This document shows, in pieces, positions 29,656-40,092 of a stretch of 64,000 nucleotides of DNA. This stretch comes from Calditrichia bacterium (lineage in GTDB: Bacteria; Calditrichota; Calditrichia; RBG-13-44-9; J075): positions 129,645 through 193,644 of the forward strand of contig JBOEGD010000016.1 of assembly GCA_050633245.1 (NCBI GenBank), written 5' to 3'. A model generated the notes under the pieces. It made no database searches. It saw only the letters and a list, made by a program, of their open reading frames with translations, and was not told the DNA's origin. Both the position numbers and the translations under genes were made by a program. Every line of letters starts with the position of its first letter. Position 1 is the stretch's first letter.

Positions 29656-31968
29656 ATGCAAACATCGTACGCCAATTTTCGCTCAGCGAGCCTGATCGCA
29701 CTATTGCTAACCGCCTCGTATCTGATGATTCCGTTAAAACAGCCGGTTTTTCCAGCGGATTACAGCACTGCTGTATTGGACAAAAATGGTGAGTTGCTCC
29801 GAGTGTTTCTTAATAGCGAAGAGCAGTGGTGTTTTCCCGATCGCGTTGAATTGCATTTGCCCGAGAAACTGAAGCTGGCAGTGTTGGAATATGAAGATCG
29901 CCATTTCTATAAGCATCCCGGTATTAATCCGTTGCGCGTGCTTTCTGCTGCCTGGGATAATGTTAGCACTGGCACCGTGGTCAGTGGCGCCAGCACCATC
30001 ACCATGCAGGTGGCGCGCATGTCTGAAAGGCGTCCCAGAACCTACTTAAATAAAATTCGTGAAATGCTGATTGCACTAAAGCTGGAATTTCGCTATAGCA
30101 AAAGCGAGATCATGCGTTTTTACCTGAATCATGCCCCGTACGGCGGAAATATTATTGGATTTCAAGCTGCCTCATTATGCTACTTTACAAAAATCCCGGA
30201 ACAGCTTACCTGGAGTGAAGCTGCGCTGCTGGCGGTATTGCCAAATGCTCCTGGACTGCTCTCTCCAGACGTCAATCCCGACCGGCTAAAAGCCAAACGC
30301 GATGTGCTTTTGAACAAGCTTCACGAACGTGGGTTATTTTCAGAGGAGAGCCTTAGCCTTGCCTTAATCGAACCGCTGCCTGAAGGGTCTATCTCTTTCA
30401 CAACGCTGGCAGCCCATGCTGCACGTCGTTTAAAGCGCAGTGAAGCACCAAACGGCGGCATTGTGCGCACAACGCTGGACAAGTCAATCCAACAAATGGC
30501 GGAACAGGAGGCGCGCTTCCATCAGCAGGATTTAATTAGACTCGGCATTCCAAACTCTGCCGCGCTCATTCTGGAAACTCAAACCGGCAACGTGCGTGGC
30601 TATATCGGGTCGCAGAACTTCTTTGATCTCGAAAACAATGGGCAAGTCGATGGCGTTTTTGCAGCGCGATCATCTGCGTCTACGCTTAAGCCGCTGCTCT
30701 ATGCAGCCGCCATTGACGATGGCATTATTATGCCGAATACCATGCTACGCGACGTACCGACTTACTACGGCGCTTTTTCACCAAGCAATGCAGACGAAAC
30801 TTTTGATGGCATCGTTCGAGCAAATGAAGCATTGACGCGCTCGCTTAATGTACCGGCGGTGCGGCTCCTCTATACTTATGGCGTGCAGCCGTTTTACCTA
30901 ATGCTACAGTCCGGCGGAATTTCTACGCTATTTCGCGATCCTGAAGACTATGGACTACCGCTGATCCTTGGCGGTGCAGAGGTAACAATTTGGGATATTG
31001 CCGGCCTGTTTAGAACGCTGGCAACCGGCAATTATCAACCGAATCGTCTTCTGCCCAACAAAAAACAACCTGATGCGAGTCGTGTTCTTAGTCCAATGGC
31101 ATCATGGCTCACCATGCAAATGCTACGAGACGTAAAGCGTCCGGGTGCGGAGTTTTACTGGGATCGTTTCGAGAACCAGTGGCCTATGGCCTGGAAAACC
31201 GGCACCAGTTACGGCCAGCGAGACGGCTGGGCAGTTGGCGTCAATCCCGAATGGACCATCGCCGTGTGGGTGGGCAACTTTAAAGGGCCCGGCAACAGTA
31301 ATCTCGGTGGCGCGCGTTCGGCGGGCCCACTCTTGTTCAAGCTGTTTTCCAAGCTGCCAAAAGACCCACAAAAAGTATGGTTTGAAAAACCGGCAAAGCT
31401 AAAAGTTCTTGATATATGTTCAGAGACCGGAATGCTGGCAAATGCAGACTGCCCAACACCGGAAGTGAAGGAGGCCCCGGCAGATATGAAGCCGCTTCGG
31501 CTCTGCGCCTTTCATCAGCGGATATTCTTAAGTGGGGATGAAGAGAAGCAAGTGTGCTCATTGTGTTGGCAGGGCGAAGAACATAAAATTGAATCCGAAC
31601 TGATCTATCCGCCGGATATTGTGCAGCATCTTCGCCAGCGCGGACAGCTCGTCAGCTCTCTTCCACCGCATAAAGCAACGTGCCCGGCCAGACAGGGGCG
31701 AGATGCACTACAGATTCTTTATCCGCAGGCTCGTTCTCAACTAATCTTGCCGGTAGATTTTGGCGGCGAGATGCAAAAGCTCTCAATGCGAGCAGCTCAT
31801 CGCGAATCTCAGCGACGTATTTATTGGTATTTGGATGAACGCTATTTAGGTGAAACGCGCAATCGCCACGAGCTGGCGACTGAAGTAGAACCCGGCTGGC
31901 ACACGCTTGAGATAGTTGACGATATTGGGCAACGAACCAGTCAGCGCTTTTATGTGGGTGAGCGGTGA
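29656..31968 (+). CDS. pbpC: Penicillin-binding protein 1C
   Basis: EDRHF, GASTITMQVAR, STLK, SLN, KTGTS, Cys-containing region and C-terminal PBP1C domain. Confidence 0.95.
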   Translation: MQTSYANFRSASLIALLLTASYLMIPLKQPVFPADYSTAVLDKNGELLRVFLNSEEQWCFPDRVELHLPEKLKLAVLEYEDRHFYKHPGINPLRVLSAAWDNVSTGTVVSGASTITMQVARMSERRPRTYLNKIREMLIALKLEFRYSKSEIMRFYLNHAPYGGNIIGFQAASLCYFTKIPEQLTWSEAALLAVLPNAPGLLSPDVNPDRLKAKRDVLLNKLHERGLFSEESLSLALIEPLPEGSISFTTLAAHAARRLKRSEAPNGGIVRTTLDKSIQQMAEQEARFHQQDLIRLGIPNSAALILETQTGNVRGYIGSQNFFDLENNGQVDGVFAARSSASTLKPLLYAAAIDDGIIMPNTMLRDVPTYYGAFSPSNADETFDGIVRANEALTRSLNVPAVRLLYTYGVQPFYLMLQSGGISTLFRDPEDYGLPLILGGAEVTIWDIAGLFRTLATGNYQPNRLLPNKKQPDASRVLSPMASWLTMQMLRDVKRPGAEFYWDRFENQWPMAWKTGTSYGQRDGWAVGVNPEWTIAVWVGNFKGPGNSNLGGARSAGPLLFKLFSKLPKDPQKVWFEKPAKLKVLDICSETGMLANADCPTPEVKEAPADMKPLRLCAFHQRIFLSGDEEKQVCSLCWQGEEHKIESELIYPPDIVQHLRQRGQLVSSLPPHKATCPARQGRDALQILYPQARSQLILPVDFGGEMQKLSMRAAHRESQRRIYWYLDERYLGETRNRHELATEVEPGWHTLEIVDDIGQRTSQRFYVGER

Positions 31969-32037
31969 GCAGTGAACTCGTAACGTGGGTCTTGACCCAC
32001 GCTATAGGTCTTGACCCGCGCCATAGGTTTTGACCCA
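31958..32037. repeat. Heptamer x3 followed by a family B REP-like palindrome and two decayed 19-bp tandem copies
   Basis: GTGAGCG GTGAGCA GTGAACT, then GTAACGTGGGTCTTGACCCACGCTAT, AGGTCTTGACCCGCGCCAT, AGGTTTTGACCCAG. Confidence 0.8.
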
Positions 32038-32098
32038 GATATTGGTAAGCTAATTCGCGTTTTTTTATGCAAGATAGAAACCTTATACAGGAAACAAA

Positions 32099-33883
32099 AT
32101 GTCAAAATTCAAAAACGCATTCATTCTGCTAATCGTATTAACAACAGTCGCATTCACTAAGCCGCAAATCCACTACACGGTATCGTGGGATGGTGCGAAT
32201 CGGCATATATTTCATGTTGAAATGACCATCCGCAATGCCAAAGGCTCCAACCTGCAGGTTCGCATGCCTGCGTGGCGTCCCGGACGCTATGCGATGCAGA
32301 ACTTCAGCGGCAACGTGACAAACTTTACGGCTACAGACGCCTCCGGGAAATCGCTACTTGCAGAGAAAACCGACAAAGATACCTGGACGATTAAACGACA
32401 CGGCAAGAAAACGATCATCGCCTCCTACGATTATTACGCCAGTCAAAAAGATGCAGGCAACAGCTATGTAGATTTATCCGAAGCCTTCCTGAATCCGGCG
32501 ACCATGCTCACTTATCTGCCTGGCAAAGAGTCGCTTCCGTTAACCATTGAATTAAAGAAACCAGCAGGTTGGAAAATCGCGTCTGTGCTGGAAGCAGCTA
32601 ATACACCCACAACGTTTCGCGCAACCTCTTTCCACGAGCTTGCTGATACTCCGATTTTAGTTAGCCCGGACTTCAATATGCTTGAGTTCGAGACATCCGG
32701 CGTGCTAATCCAGCTGGTTGTACAGGGCAAACGCGGTTATTCCGAAGAAGATTTAATTGCCGAAACGCGGGCCATCGTAGAAGAACAGTTTAGGCTGATG
32801 GATTCTACTCCATTCACACGCTACATGTTCATCTTTCACTTTGAGCCGAATCGCATTCGTCATGGCGTTGAGCATAAGAACAGTACGTCCATCTTCGCTG
32901 GCCCTCTCAACTACGGTGATGGTCGCTTCATTCGCAGTCTACGCTCACTTACCTCGCACGAATTTTTTCACGTGTGGAATGTCGAGCGAATTCGCCCGGA
33001 AGTTCTTTGGCCAACTGATTATTCACGCGAAGCCTATACCCGCACCATGTGGTTTTATGAGGGCGTAACCGAGTATTTTAGCAATCTGACCATTCATCGA
33101 TCGGGTCTAATCGACCGCGATCGTTATTTGCAAAAGCTTGGCAGCGCCATCGGTCGGGTTGAGAACAATCCGGGAAGGCATATCTCCAGCACGGCATTAA
33201 CCAGCTGGGATTCCTGGGTAACCTTTGCGCATCGTCCACCGCAAAGTTCGGTGTCTTTTTACACACAGGGTGAAGTGATTGGCGCGTTGATCGATTTAAA
33301 AATCATGCAGCAAACGGACGGCAAAAAGTCTCTCACCGACGTCATGCGCCAACTTTATCAGACTTACCCGGTTAAAGGGCGTGGCGTGCCGGAAAACGGC
33401 ATTCAAAAAGCGATTGAGAAGATTAGTGGACAAAAATGGGATAATTTTTTCAAGCGCTATATTCACGGAACCGACGTGCCGGATTACGCGGCCATCTTTG
33501 CCATTGCGGGAGTAGAGTGCAAATCGTTTCTGCCACTGAATCAACCACAGTCGTGGATTGGCGTTGACCTGCGTGAGATTGGCGGAGCGCTAAACATTAC
33601 ACAGGTGACCGTCGGCTCGCCTGCGGATAATGTCGGCATGGCCATCGGCGATCAGCTGGTCGCAGTCAACGATCTACAGGTAGACGCAACATCCTTCACT
33701 AATATGCTGCATGAGACAGCGCCCGGTACACCAGTCGTGCTCACCTTTTTTCGCCAGGGTAAGCTGATGGAGCAGAGTGTTGTAACAGCTGAGAATCCAT
33801 TTCGCAGTTATATCCTACAGCAGGATTCGAAGGCGACGGAGAGACAGTTGGGGGTGCTGGATGGGTGGTTAGGCAGCGAGTGA
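32099..33883 (+). CDS. M61 family glycyl aminopeptidase with PDZ domain
   Basis: MPAWRPGRY, GVEHKNST, HEFFHVWNV, YEGVTEY, GSPA PDZ, signal peptide. Confidence 0.93.
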   Translation: MSKFKNAFILLIVLTTVAFTKPQIHYTVSWDGANRHIFHVEMTIRNAKGSNLQVRMPAWRPGRYAMQNFSGNVTNFTATDASGKSLLAEKTDKDTWTIKRHGKKTIIASYDYYASQKDAGNSYVDLSEAFLNPATMLTYLPGKESLPLTIELKKPAGWKIASVLEAANTPTTFRATSFHELADTPILVSPDFNMLEFETSGVLIQLVVQGKRGYSEEDLIAETRAIVEEQFRLMDSTPFTRYMFIFHFEPNRIRHGVEHKNSTSIFAGPLNYGDGRFIRSLRSLTSHEFFHVWNVERIRPEVLWPTDYSREAYTRTMWFYEGVTEYFSNLTIHRSGLIDRDRYLQKLGSAIGRVENNPGRHISSTALTSWDSWVTFAHRPPQSSVSFYTQGEVIGALIDLKIMQQTDGKKSLTDVMRQLYQTYPVKGRGVPENGIQKAIEKISGQKWDNFFKRYIHGTDVPDYAAIFAIAGVECKSFLPLNQPQSWIGVDLREIGGALNITQVTVGSPADNVGMAIGDQLVAVNDLQVDATSFTNMLHETAPGTPVVLTFFRQGKLMEQSVVTAENPFRSYILQQDSKATERQLGVLDGWLGSE

Positions 33884-33908
33884 CCTTTGTGGCAAAGTGA
33901 CGGGGTGA

Positions 33909-34136
33909 GCGGGTGAAACGAACATCAGCAAAAAAGAACTGGTCTACAGCTTTTATCCAAATATCATCGGTGAGATTCAGCGAGTAAAAGAGTGGCTTGA
34001 TTCTGGAAAGATAGTCCTGACAGGAGAACAAGATGAGCTGGATCGCTACGAATTCATAGACTATCGCACAAAGGACGAAAAAGAATCGACATTTTTATCA
34101 AAATTTGCTTCAAACCCAACCAGCAAAAAGTGTTGA
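33909..34136 (+). pseudogene. 5'-truncated gene fragment at the left edge of the accessory block
   Basis: Open frame without a start codon: NISKKELVYSFYPNIIGEIQRVKEWLDSGKIVLTGEQDELDRYEFIDYRTKDEKES. It has protein-like composition. Confidence 0.45.
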
Positions 34137-34336
34137 GAGTTCTGGAAATAATCTCTGCAGCCTATGGAAATCATTTACTTACTGATTTTCATCATTGATA
34201 TGGCACCTTGACCCGAGAAGATTCCTTGTAACAATTTCCCACTGCTCCCGTCAGAATAAGCAAGAATCTTTTATACCTTCACTCAGTGACTGTAGGAAAT
34301 TCACCATTCTGCCCCAAATCCGAAAAGGTTATCTGT

Positions 34337-35026
34337 ATGATTACGATGAAAAGAGTCTTTGCATCTGTAGTGCTCGGGTTTTTATTGACCGCTTGCGACG
34401 CCGAAATACCGGAAAAGCAAAGTGTAGAGAAAGACGTTACGTTCAACCAGGAACTTGTAGATGAACTCGAACAAATGGCAAAAATGGACCAAATTGCGGT
34501 TTATATTCCGCAGGGAAAGTACAAAGAATTATCAAATACAGAATGGAAGTCCTTCAAGGATAGCGTGCTTACCACTCATCAAAAGCGCCTAAAGCAACTA
34601 TTCGATAGGTACGGGTTTGTGGGATTCGATTTAGCGGGAGAAGACGGCTCTCATAATTTTTGGCTTATGGTTCAGCATTCAGACCATACCCCGGAATTCC
34701 AAAAGGAAGTATTAAAGTCGATGGAAGATGAAGTTGCGAAGGGAAATGCTAAAGCAAGCAACTTTGCATATCTGACCGACCGAGTAAGAAAAAATTCCGG
34801 ACAGAAGCAGATTTACGGAACCCAGGTAACTTACAACATGCAAACCGGACAGGCATATCCCAGAAGTTTGGAAGACAGCCTAAACGTGAACATAAGACGT
34901 AAGACCATGGGTCTGGAACCGATAGAAAATTACCTGAATCAGCTAACCGAAATGCACTTTGAAATGAATAAAGAACGTTATGTGAATATGGGAATTATCG
35001 AACCCAATTTATATAAGATAGACTGA
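34337..35026 (+). CDS. DUF6624-like lipoprotein
   Basis: Lipobox LTAC, DQ, WLMVQHSD, AYLTDRV, QIYGTQ, RRKTMGLEP. Confidence 0.85.
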   Translation: MITMKRVFASVVLGFLLTACDAEIPEKQSVEKDVTFNQELVDELEQMAKMDQIAVYIPQGKYKELSNTEWKSFKDSVLTTHQKRLKQLFDRYGFVGFDLAGEDGSHNFWLMVQHSDHTPEFQKEVLKSMEDEVAKGNAKASNFAYLTDRVRKNSGQKQIYGTQVTYNMQTGQAYPRSLEDSLNVNIRRKTMGLEPIENYLNQLTEMHFEMNKERYVNMGIIEPNLYKID

Positions 35027-35038
35027 GAGTTAAGCCCC

Positions 35039-35467
35039 ATGATTAAGATGCACAAGATTGACAAGTTTTTGGACGCCAATAAAGACATCGGCATCCTGCT
35101 ACTCAGATTGTTTATTGGAGCGCGCTTATTCTATGGTGTTATCGACAACGTTCTCAGCTGGGAACACATGCTTCTGTTTTCTGAATTCCTGCAGGCTAAC
35201 GGGTTCCCGTTTCCGCTTCTAAGTGCGGTTGTTTCGGTGTATGTGCAACTTATTGGCTCAATCATGATTCTGGTCGGGTACAAAATCCGAATCGCGGCGT
35301 TTGTCCTTGCCATTAACTTTATTGTCGCACTGCTTATGGTGCATCTCCCGGCTGGTGATACGATAGAAGGAATGACGCCTGCACTGGCAATGCTATTTGG
35401 TTGCCTCACGCTTTTCTTCACCGGCGCAGAGAAGTTTTCATTAAACAATTCAGGAAAAGCAGATTGA
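35039..35467 (+). CDS. DoxX family membrane protein
   Basis: LLLRLFIG, GFPFP, four TM helices, GAEKFSL. Confidence 0.9.
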   Translation: MIKMHKIDKFLDANKDIGILLLRLFIGARLFYGVIDNVLSWEHMLLFSEFLQANGFPFPLLSAVVSVYVQLIGSIMILVGYKIRIAAFVLAINFIVALLMVHLPAGDTIEGMTPALAMLFGCLTLFFTGAEKFSLNNSGKAD

Positions 35468-35487
35468 AAACATATTGGCAGACTTAG

Positions 35488-36243
35488 ATGAACATCACCG
35501 ATGAATATAAGCGACAGGCAAACTGGAGAAATTGGGAGACGTACTTCGAGCATCTTCCAATTGAAGGTGGACACACCGTTTTAGATTTAGGCTGTGGGGT
35601 TGGAAGCATCGCAAAGCTATTGGCTGAAAGGTCATCAAAAGTCATTGGGGTTGACTTGAATGAAGAGTTATTGGCAACCGCCGAGCTTGAAAACAATAAG
35701 AGTAATACGATGTTTATAAAAGGAGACCTGAGAGAACTGCAAGATTTTGTCACAAAACCTGTAAACGGCATCTGGTCGAGCTTTACTGCAGCATATATTC
35801 CTGATTTTTCCGTTACGCTACAGAAGTGGCTTCAACTTTTAAAGCCAAATGGCTGGATCGCCCTGGTAGAGATCGATGATTTATTTGGCCATTCTCCAAT
35901 ACGTTCACTTACACGGCAAAATTTCATCAACTATTACGATCGCCAGTTAAAAAGAGGGTTTTACGATTTCAGAATGGGTGGGAAATTGAAGTCGTTTTTG
36001 GTAAAGGAAGGCCTCACAATCATTCATGAAGAGAATAAATTCGATAAGGAATTTACATTTGTCGGGCCGGCCGAACCGGGTATTTATTCCGCGTGGAGAG
36101 ATAGACTGAACCGAATGGTCGCATTAAAAGAATTTCTTGGAAATGAAGATTATCTAAATTTAAAGTCTGATTTCTTGACCTGCCTGGAACATCCGAACCA
36201 TAGCAGTGAGACAAAAGTCAACTATATCATTGCACAAAGATAG
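35488..36243 (+). CDS. Class I SAM-dependent methyltransferase
   Basis: VLDLGCGVG, GVD, LKPNG. Confidence 0.9.
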   Translation: MNITDEYKRQANWRNWETYFEHLPIEGGHTVLDLGCGVGSIAKLLAERSSKVIGVDLNEELLATAELENNKSNTMFIKGDLRELQDFVTKPVNGIWSSFTAAYIPDFSVTLQKWLQLLKPNGWIALVEIDDLFGHSPIRSLTRQNFINYYDRQLKRGFYDFRMGGKLKSFLVKEGLTIIHEENKFDKEFTFVGPAEPGIYSAWRDRLNRMVALKEFLGNEDYLNLKSDFLTCLEHPNHSSETKVNYIIAQR

Positions 36244-36309
36244 CTGCGCAAAACCATGCTAATGTATAAGCTATAAAACGCTAACCCTCATCCGCAAAGT
36301 GAATCCCCA

Positions 36310-37461
36310 ATGAAATCCCTTTTCCCTACCCTACTACTTCTCCTAGCCTTTGCTGCATGTAATACGACCTCTAAGCCTCAAGTCAGCTCCTCAGGTCAAA
36401 GCGACAAGTTCATTGTTGAAACAATTGAAGAGCAAGCGACTCAAGTAATGGACTCTTCAATAATGAATGCACTATCGATTGGCGTTCTGATGAATGGCAA
36501 AAACTACATCGAGCATTTTGGCGAGCTTGTGCCCGGCTCCGGTATTAAACCAACCAATGAAACAATTTATGAAATCGCATCCGTCAGCAAAACTTTCACC
36601 GGCACGTTGGCGGCCAAAGCGGTATTGGAAGGAAGGCTTACGCTCGAAGACGATATTCGACTCTATTTGAACGGCGATTATGCAAATCTGGCCTATCGAA
36701 ATAACCCAATTCAGATTCAGCATTTACTAACGCATACCAGTGGGTTGCCGTCGAATAATAAAGGGTTTGAGTCCCTTCCCTCAGGACTAGATTTTACGGA
36801 AATGGCGAAGCTTGTTAATGAAATTGAGAAACGACAAACCAAAGGGATGTTCTTCCAATATCTGAGTGAGGTGTCAATTGATACTCTTCCGGGAATTCGC
36901 TTTAACTACTCCAACTATGGGGCGAATCTGATGGCAGCCATTCTCGAGAATGTCTATGATGTTCCCTTTCAGGAGTTAGTAGAGAAAGAGATAATCGATA
37001 AAGCTGACATGATATCTACAAGCTTTCATTTGTCGGAACGGGATAAAAAGAGATTAGCGCCCGGTTACAATGAACGAGATGAGAAAATGCATCATTTGTC
37101 GCTTGCCAGCACATTGTGGGGAGCAGAAGGTGCGATAAAATCAACGCTCCCAGACATGTTGAAATACGCCCGCTTTCAGCTGGATATGCAGAACAAAATG
37201 GCCGTGGAATCGCATAAAAAAATTAAAGAGCTCGATACAAATTACTGGGTTGGTTATTTCTGGTGGATTATCGGCGAGGATGGTAAGAACCTTCACTTCA
37301 GACATGATGGTGGCGCAGCCGGTACCAGAGGAGTCTTATTACTCTATCCGGAGTCTGAAATTGGCATCTACGCTGTTACCAATGTGGTTGGCGAAAAGAT
37401 CTTTGATGATTTGAGTAGGCTGAGTAAAGGGGTATTTCGATCCTTAAATAAGAAGAACTAA
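36310..37461 (+). CDS. Serine hydrolase, class C beta-lactamase/AmpC-like family lipoprotein
   Basis: Lipobox FAAC, SVSK, LLTHTSGL, YSN, HDG. Confidence 0.9.
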   Translation: MKSLFPTLLLLLAFAACNTTSKPQVSSSGQSDKFIVETIEEQATQVMDSSIMNALSIGVLMNGKNYIEHFGELVPGSGIKPTNETIYEIASVSKTFTGTLAAKAVLEGRLTLEDDIRLYLNGDYANLAYRNNPIQIQHLLTHTSGLPSNNKGFESLPSGLDFTEMAKLVNEIEKRQTKGMFFQYLSEVSIDTLPGIRFNYSNYGANLMAAILENVYDVPFQELVEKEIIDKADMISTSFHLSERDKKRLAPGYNERDEKMHHLSLASTLWGAEGAIKSTLPDMLKYARFQLDMQNKMAVESHKKIKELDTNYWVGYFWWIIGEDGKNLHFRHDGGAAGTRGVLLLYPESEIGIYAVTNVVGEKIFDDLSRLSKGVFRSLNKKN

Positions 37462-37549
37462 CTGAATCAAAGAAATCTCATGAGTCCAGATTTTATAGCC
37501 TATATAGCAATGTCCACCGCAAATAAATCTTAGGGGAATACCAAATCTT

Positions 37550-38824
37550 ATGAAAAGCCTACTACTTGCAGCCATTCTTCTTTTTTTAATAAATCCGCTA
37601 AGCGGGCAGGACAAGCCGAATGTTTTTAAAATCAAAAAAGACGCAGACAGCTTTTATAGCGCAGAAAACTATGATTTGGCCACTATCAATTACTTGAAAC
37701 TAATTGAATTGTCCGATTTCAATAGTCAAAAGCAAAGCGCGGCCTATAATGCGGCCTGTTGTTTAGCTTTACAGCAAAAGACGGACAGCGCATTTATCTT
37801 GTTAAAAAGGGCAATAGACTACGGCTTTAATTACAAGTCCCACATAATCAAAGATTCTGATTTGGTGAGTTTACACGGCAATCCCGAATGGGAAACGTTG
37901 GTGCATCAAATTCCTGAAGCAAAAACATTAAATAGCGATCCAGAGCTCGCGACCATTATTACAAAGGACATCCACCATTTTTGGCAAGCATATGACTTGC
38001 AGGCTAAGGACTCTTCAAATACCGATACGATTTTTAAGGAATATTATTTCGATAAAGCCAGCAATGGCATGCAAGACTATATGGGAGCAAAAGTTAGTTC
38101 AATAGATTACTTTATTAAGCATATTAAATTGCACCCCAAACTCTACGCAAGCATTCGGGAAAACACGTTAAAAGTAGATGACTATAAAACAGAAATTCGA
38201 AAAAGCTTTAGGACTTTTAAAGCAATATATCCCGCTGCAAAGTTTCCAGATGTGTATTTTGTCATCGGCGCATTTACCAGCGGCGGTACGGTGTCCCCCT
38301 CCGGTCTACTCATCGGCACAAATCAGATGAGTGATGGGGAGAATGTAAATACAGAAGAACTAGATTTTGGCGCGAAGCTACTGATGAGCAAATCAGAGTT
38401 TCTGCCGAATATTGTTTCTCACGAATTGATTCACTTTCAACAGGATGGAATGAAGAAAGACAGCATTACACTTGGGTATGTTATAAAGGAAGGCATGGCT
38501 GATTTTATTGGAGAATTAATTAGCGGTGAAACAGCCAACAAAAAAATATTTGATTGGACAAAGGGAAAAGAAAATCAGATTTGGACAGACTTTAAAAAGG
38601 ACATGTATTTTAACCGCTATAACAACTGGATTGCAAACTACAGCACTGCTTCAGAGGATAGTTATCCTGATTTAGGCTATTGGATTGGATACGAAATTTG
38701 CAAATCATATTACGAAAACGCCAAGGACAAAAATCAAGCCATTTACGACATGCTCCATATTAAAGACTATCAAACATTTTTAGCTGACAGTAAATGGGAA
38801 GCAAAGCTTGAAAAGATGAAATGA
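37550..38824 (+). CDS. Secreted TPR + DUF2268-like putative Zn protease
   Basis: AYNAACC TPR, SGGT, HELIH, EGMADF, DLGYWIGY. Confidence 0.8.
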   Translation: MKSLLLAAILLFLINPLSGQDKPNVFKIKKDADSFYSAENYDLATINYLKLIELSDFNSQKQSAAYNAACCLALQQKTDSAFILLKRAIDYGFNYKSHIIKDSDLVSLHGNPEWETLVHQIPEAKTLNSDPELATIITKDIHHFWQAYDLQAKDSSNTDTIFKEYYFDKASNGMQDYMGAKVSSIDYFIKHIKLHPKLYASIRENTLKVDDYKTEIRKSFRTFKAIYPAAKFPDVYFVIGAFTSGGTVSPSGLLIGTNQMSDGENVNTEELDFGAKLLMSKSEFLPNIVSHELIHFQQDGMKKDSITLGYVIKEGMADFIGELISGETANKKIFDWTKGKENQIWTDFKKDMYFNRYNNWIANYSTASEDSYPDLGYWIGYEICKSYYENAKDKNQAIYDMLHIKDYQTFLADSKWEAKLEKMK

Positions 38825-38866
38825 TTCGCTGTGTTTTCAATTTATTATGCACGAGATTATAGAATT

Positions 38867-40027
38867 ATGAAACCTTCAAATACATTTATATTCCTACTTA
38901 TTAGCTTTGTTCTATATGGTCAAAGTTCCGACAGGACGACTCTTGTCCATGGGAAAGTTGTATCGGCAACAGAGTCGACGGTTCCATTACCCTCAAAAGG
39001 CAATCTCCATTACGAGATTTTCTACTCCGATGGCCATTCGCGAAGCTCATCTGTAAAAATAGGCAAGAACGGGGAATTCGAAAAGTTGTTCTACCAGAAC
39101 ACTAAAATTGCCTTATCCATTAGCTACCCTGACTTTTATACATCTGACACAACTATTCTGTATATTGAATTAAAAGACTGCATTAATGTTAACTTCATTG
39201 TCCAGCCTAAGGAATATTTTTATACAGAACAGAGCGCAGAAAGAGACCTATCTAATGGAAATGTTCAAATAATATTGTTTGACGACCTAATTTATAATTG
39301 GAATCGAAAACTTGACTTCACCAAACAATTTGGATTTAAGTACCTGAAAATGCCTGAACCAGTTGATCATGAGTTTAGAACAAACATGGCTAACTACAAT
39401 AATAAAGTAGAAGCATATCTGGACAGTATCAATGACCCTGCCTGGAATCACAGACTCAACGCCATGATTGATAGTCTTACGCACCTTGCTGCCGACAATT
39501 ATGGGAAGGCGAACAGTATAAATCTCAATGAGTTAGCTTTTCCCTATAATGTCAAACTATCGGATAAAATGAAAGAGACTATTCGCAAGCAACAGCATGA
39601 ATTTAAACGGATTTTTCAAAAGAAAAGAATTGAATACATCGAGTTCTCTCCTGAGTTCATTCTCAATAAAATCGACAATGATCCGCAGTACCATTACATC
39701 TTCATCGCTGAGTACTGGATGGCATTCAATTACGAAATGATGATCCCCGAGCTGCTTAAACGGATAACAGACAAGCGTGAAGTGGGACTTATAGGCACTA
39801 CTGAGTTGATAATCTCGGAGAGAATTAAATCTGGAGATATGAGGTTTTCGAGGATAGGCCGCTTAGTGTTTGATGACTTATTTACCATTTCAGGTAGGGC
39901 CAATCACTTGCTCCAAAGAATAACCGGAGAGGAGTTCGGTTTGGTTTCGATGTATTCGAATGAGCAGGATCTGAAGAAACTTCAAAACAGGTGGGCTTAT
40001 TGGCTATTGAATCTTAAAGAAGAGTAG
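38867..40027 (+). CDS. Secreted hypothetical protein
   Basis: Long ORF with signal peptide from MKPSN. I recognised no catalytic motif. Confidence 0.7.
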   Translation: MKPSNTFIFLLISFVLYGQSSDRTTLVHGKVVSATESTVPLPSKGNLHYEIFYSDGHSRSSSVKIGKNGEFEKLFYQNTKIALSISYPDFYTSDTTILYIELKDCINVNFIVQPKEYFYTEQSAERDLSNGNVQIILFDDLIYNWNRKLDFTKQFGFKYLKMPEPVDHEFRTNMANYNNKVEAYLDSINDPAWNHRLNAMIDSLTHLAADNYGKANSINLNELAFPYNVKLSDKMKETIRKQQHEFKRIFQKKRIEYIEFSPEFILNKIDNDPQYHYIFIAEYWMAFNYEMMIPELLKRITDKREVGLIGTTELIISERIKSGDMRFSRIGRLVFDDLFTISGRANHLLQRITGEEFGLVSMYSNEQDLKKLQNRWAYWLLNLKEE

Positions 40028-40092
40028 AATCAGAGCCTGAATACATTGATACGAGACTTCTGCCATCTAACGGCGAAGCAGTCTGACTTCTG

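Noticed and set aside
36310-37461. True AmpC resistance gene
   Set aside because: It has HDG rather than KTG, and the wider serine-hydrolase family is mostly not beta-lactamases.
34337-40092. Bona fide integron/CALIN
   Set aside because: The spacers are too short or lack paired R''/R' boxes, and there is no intI.
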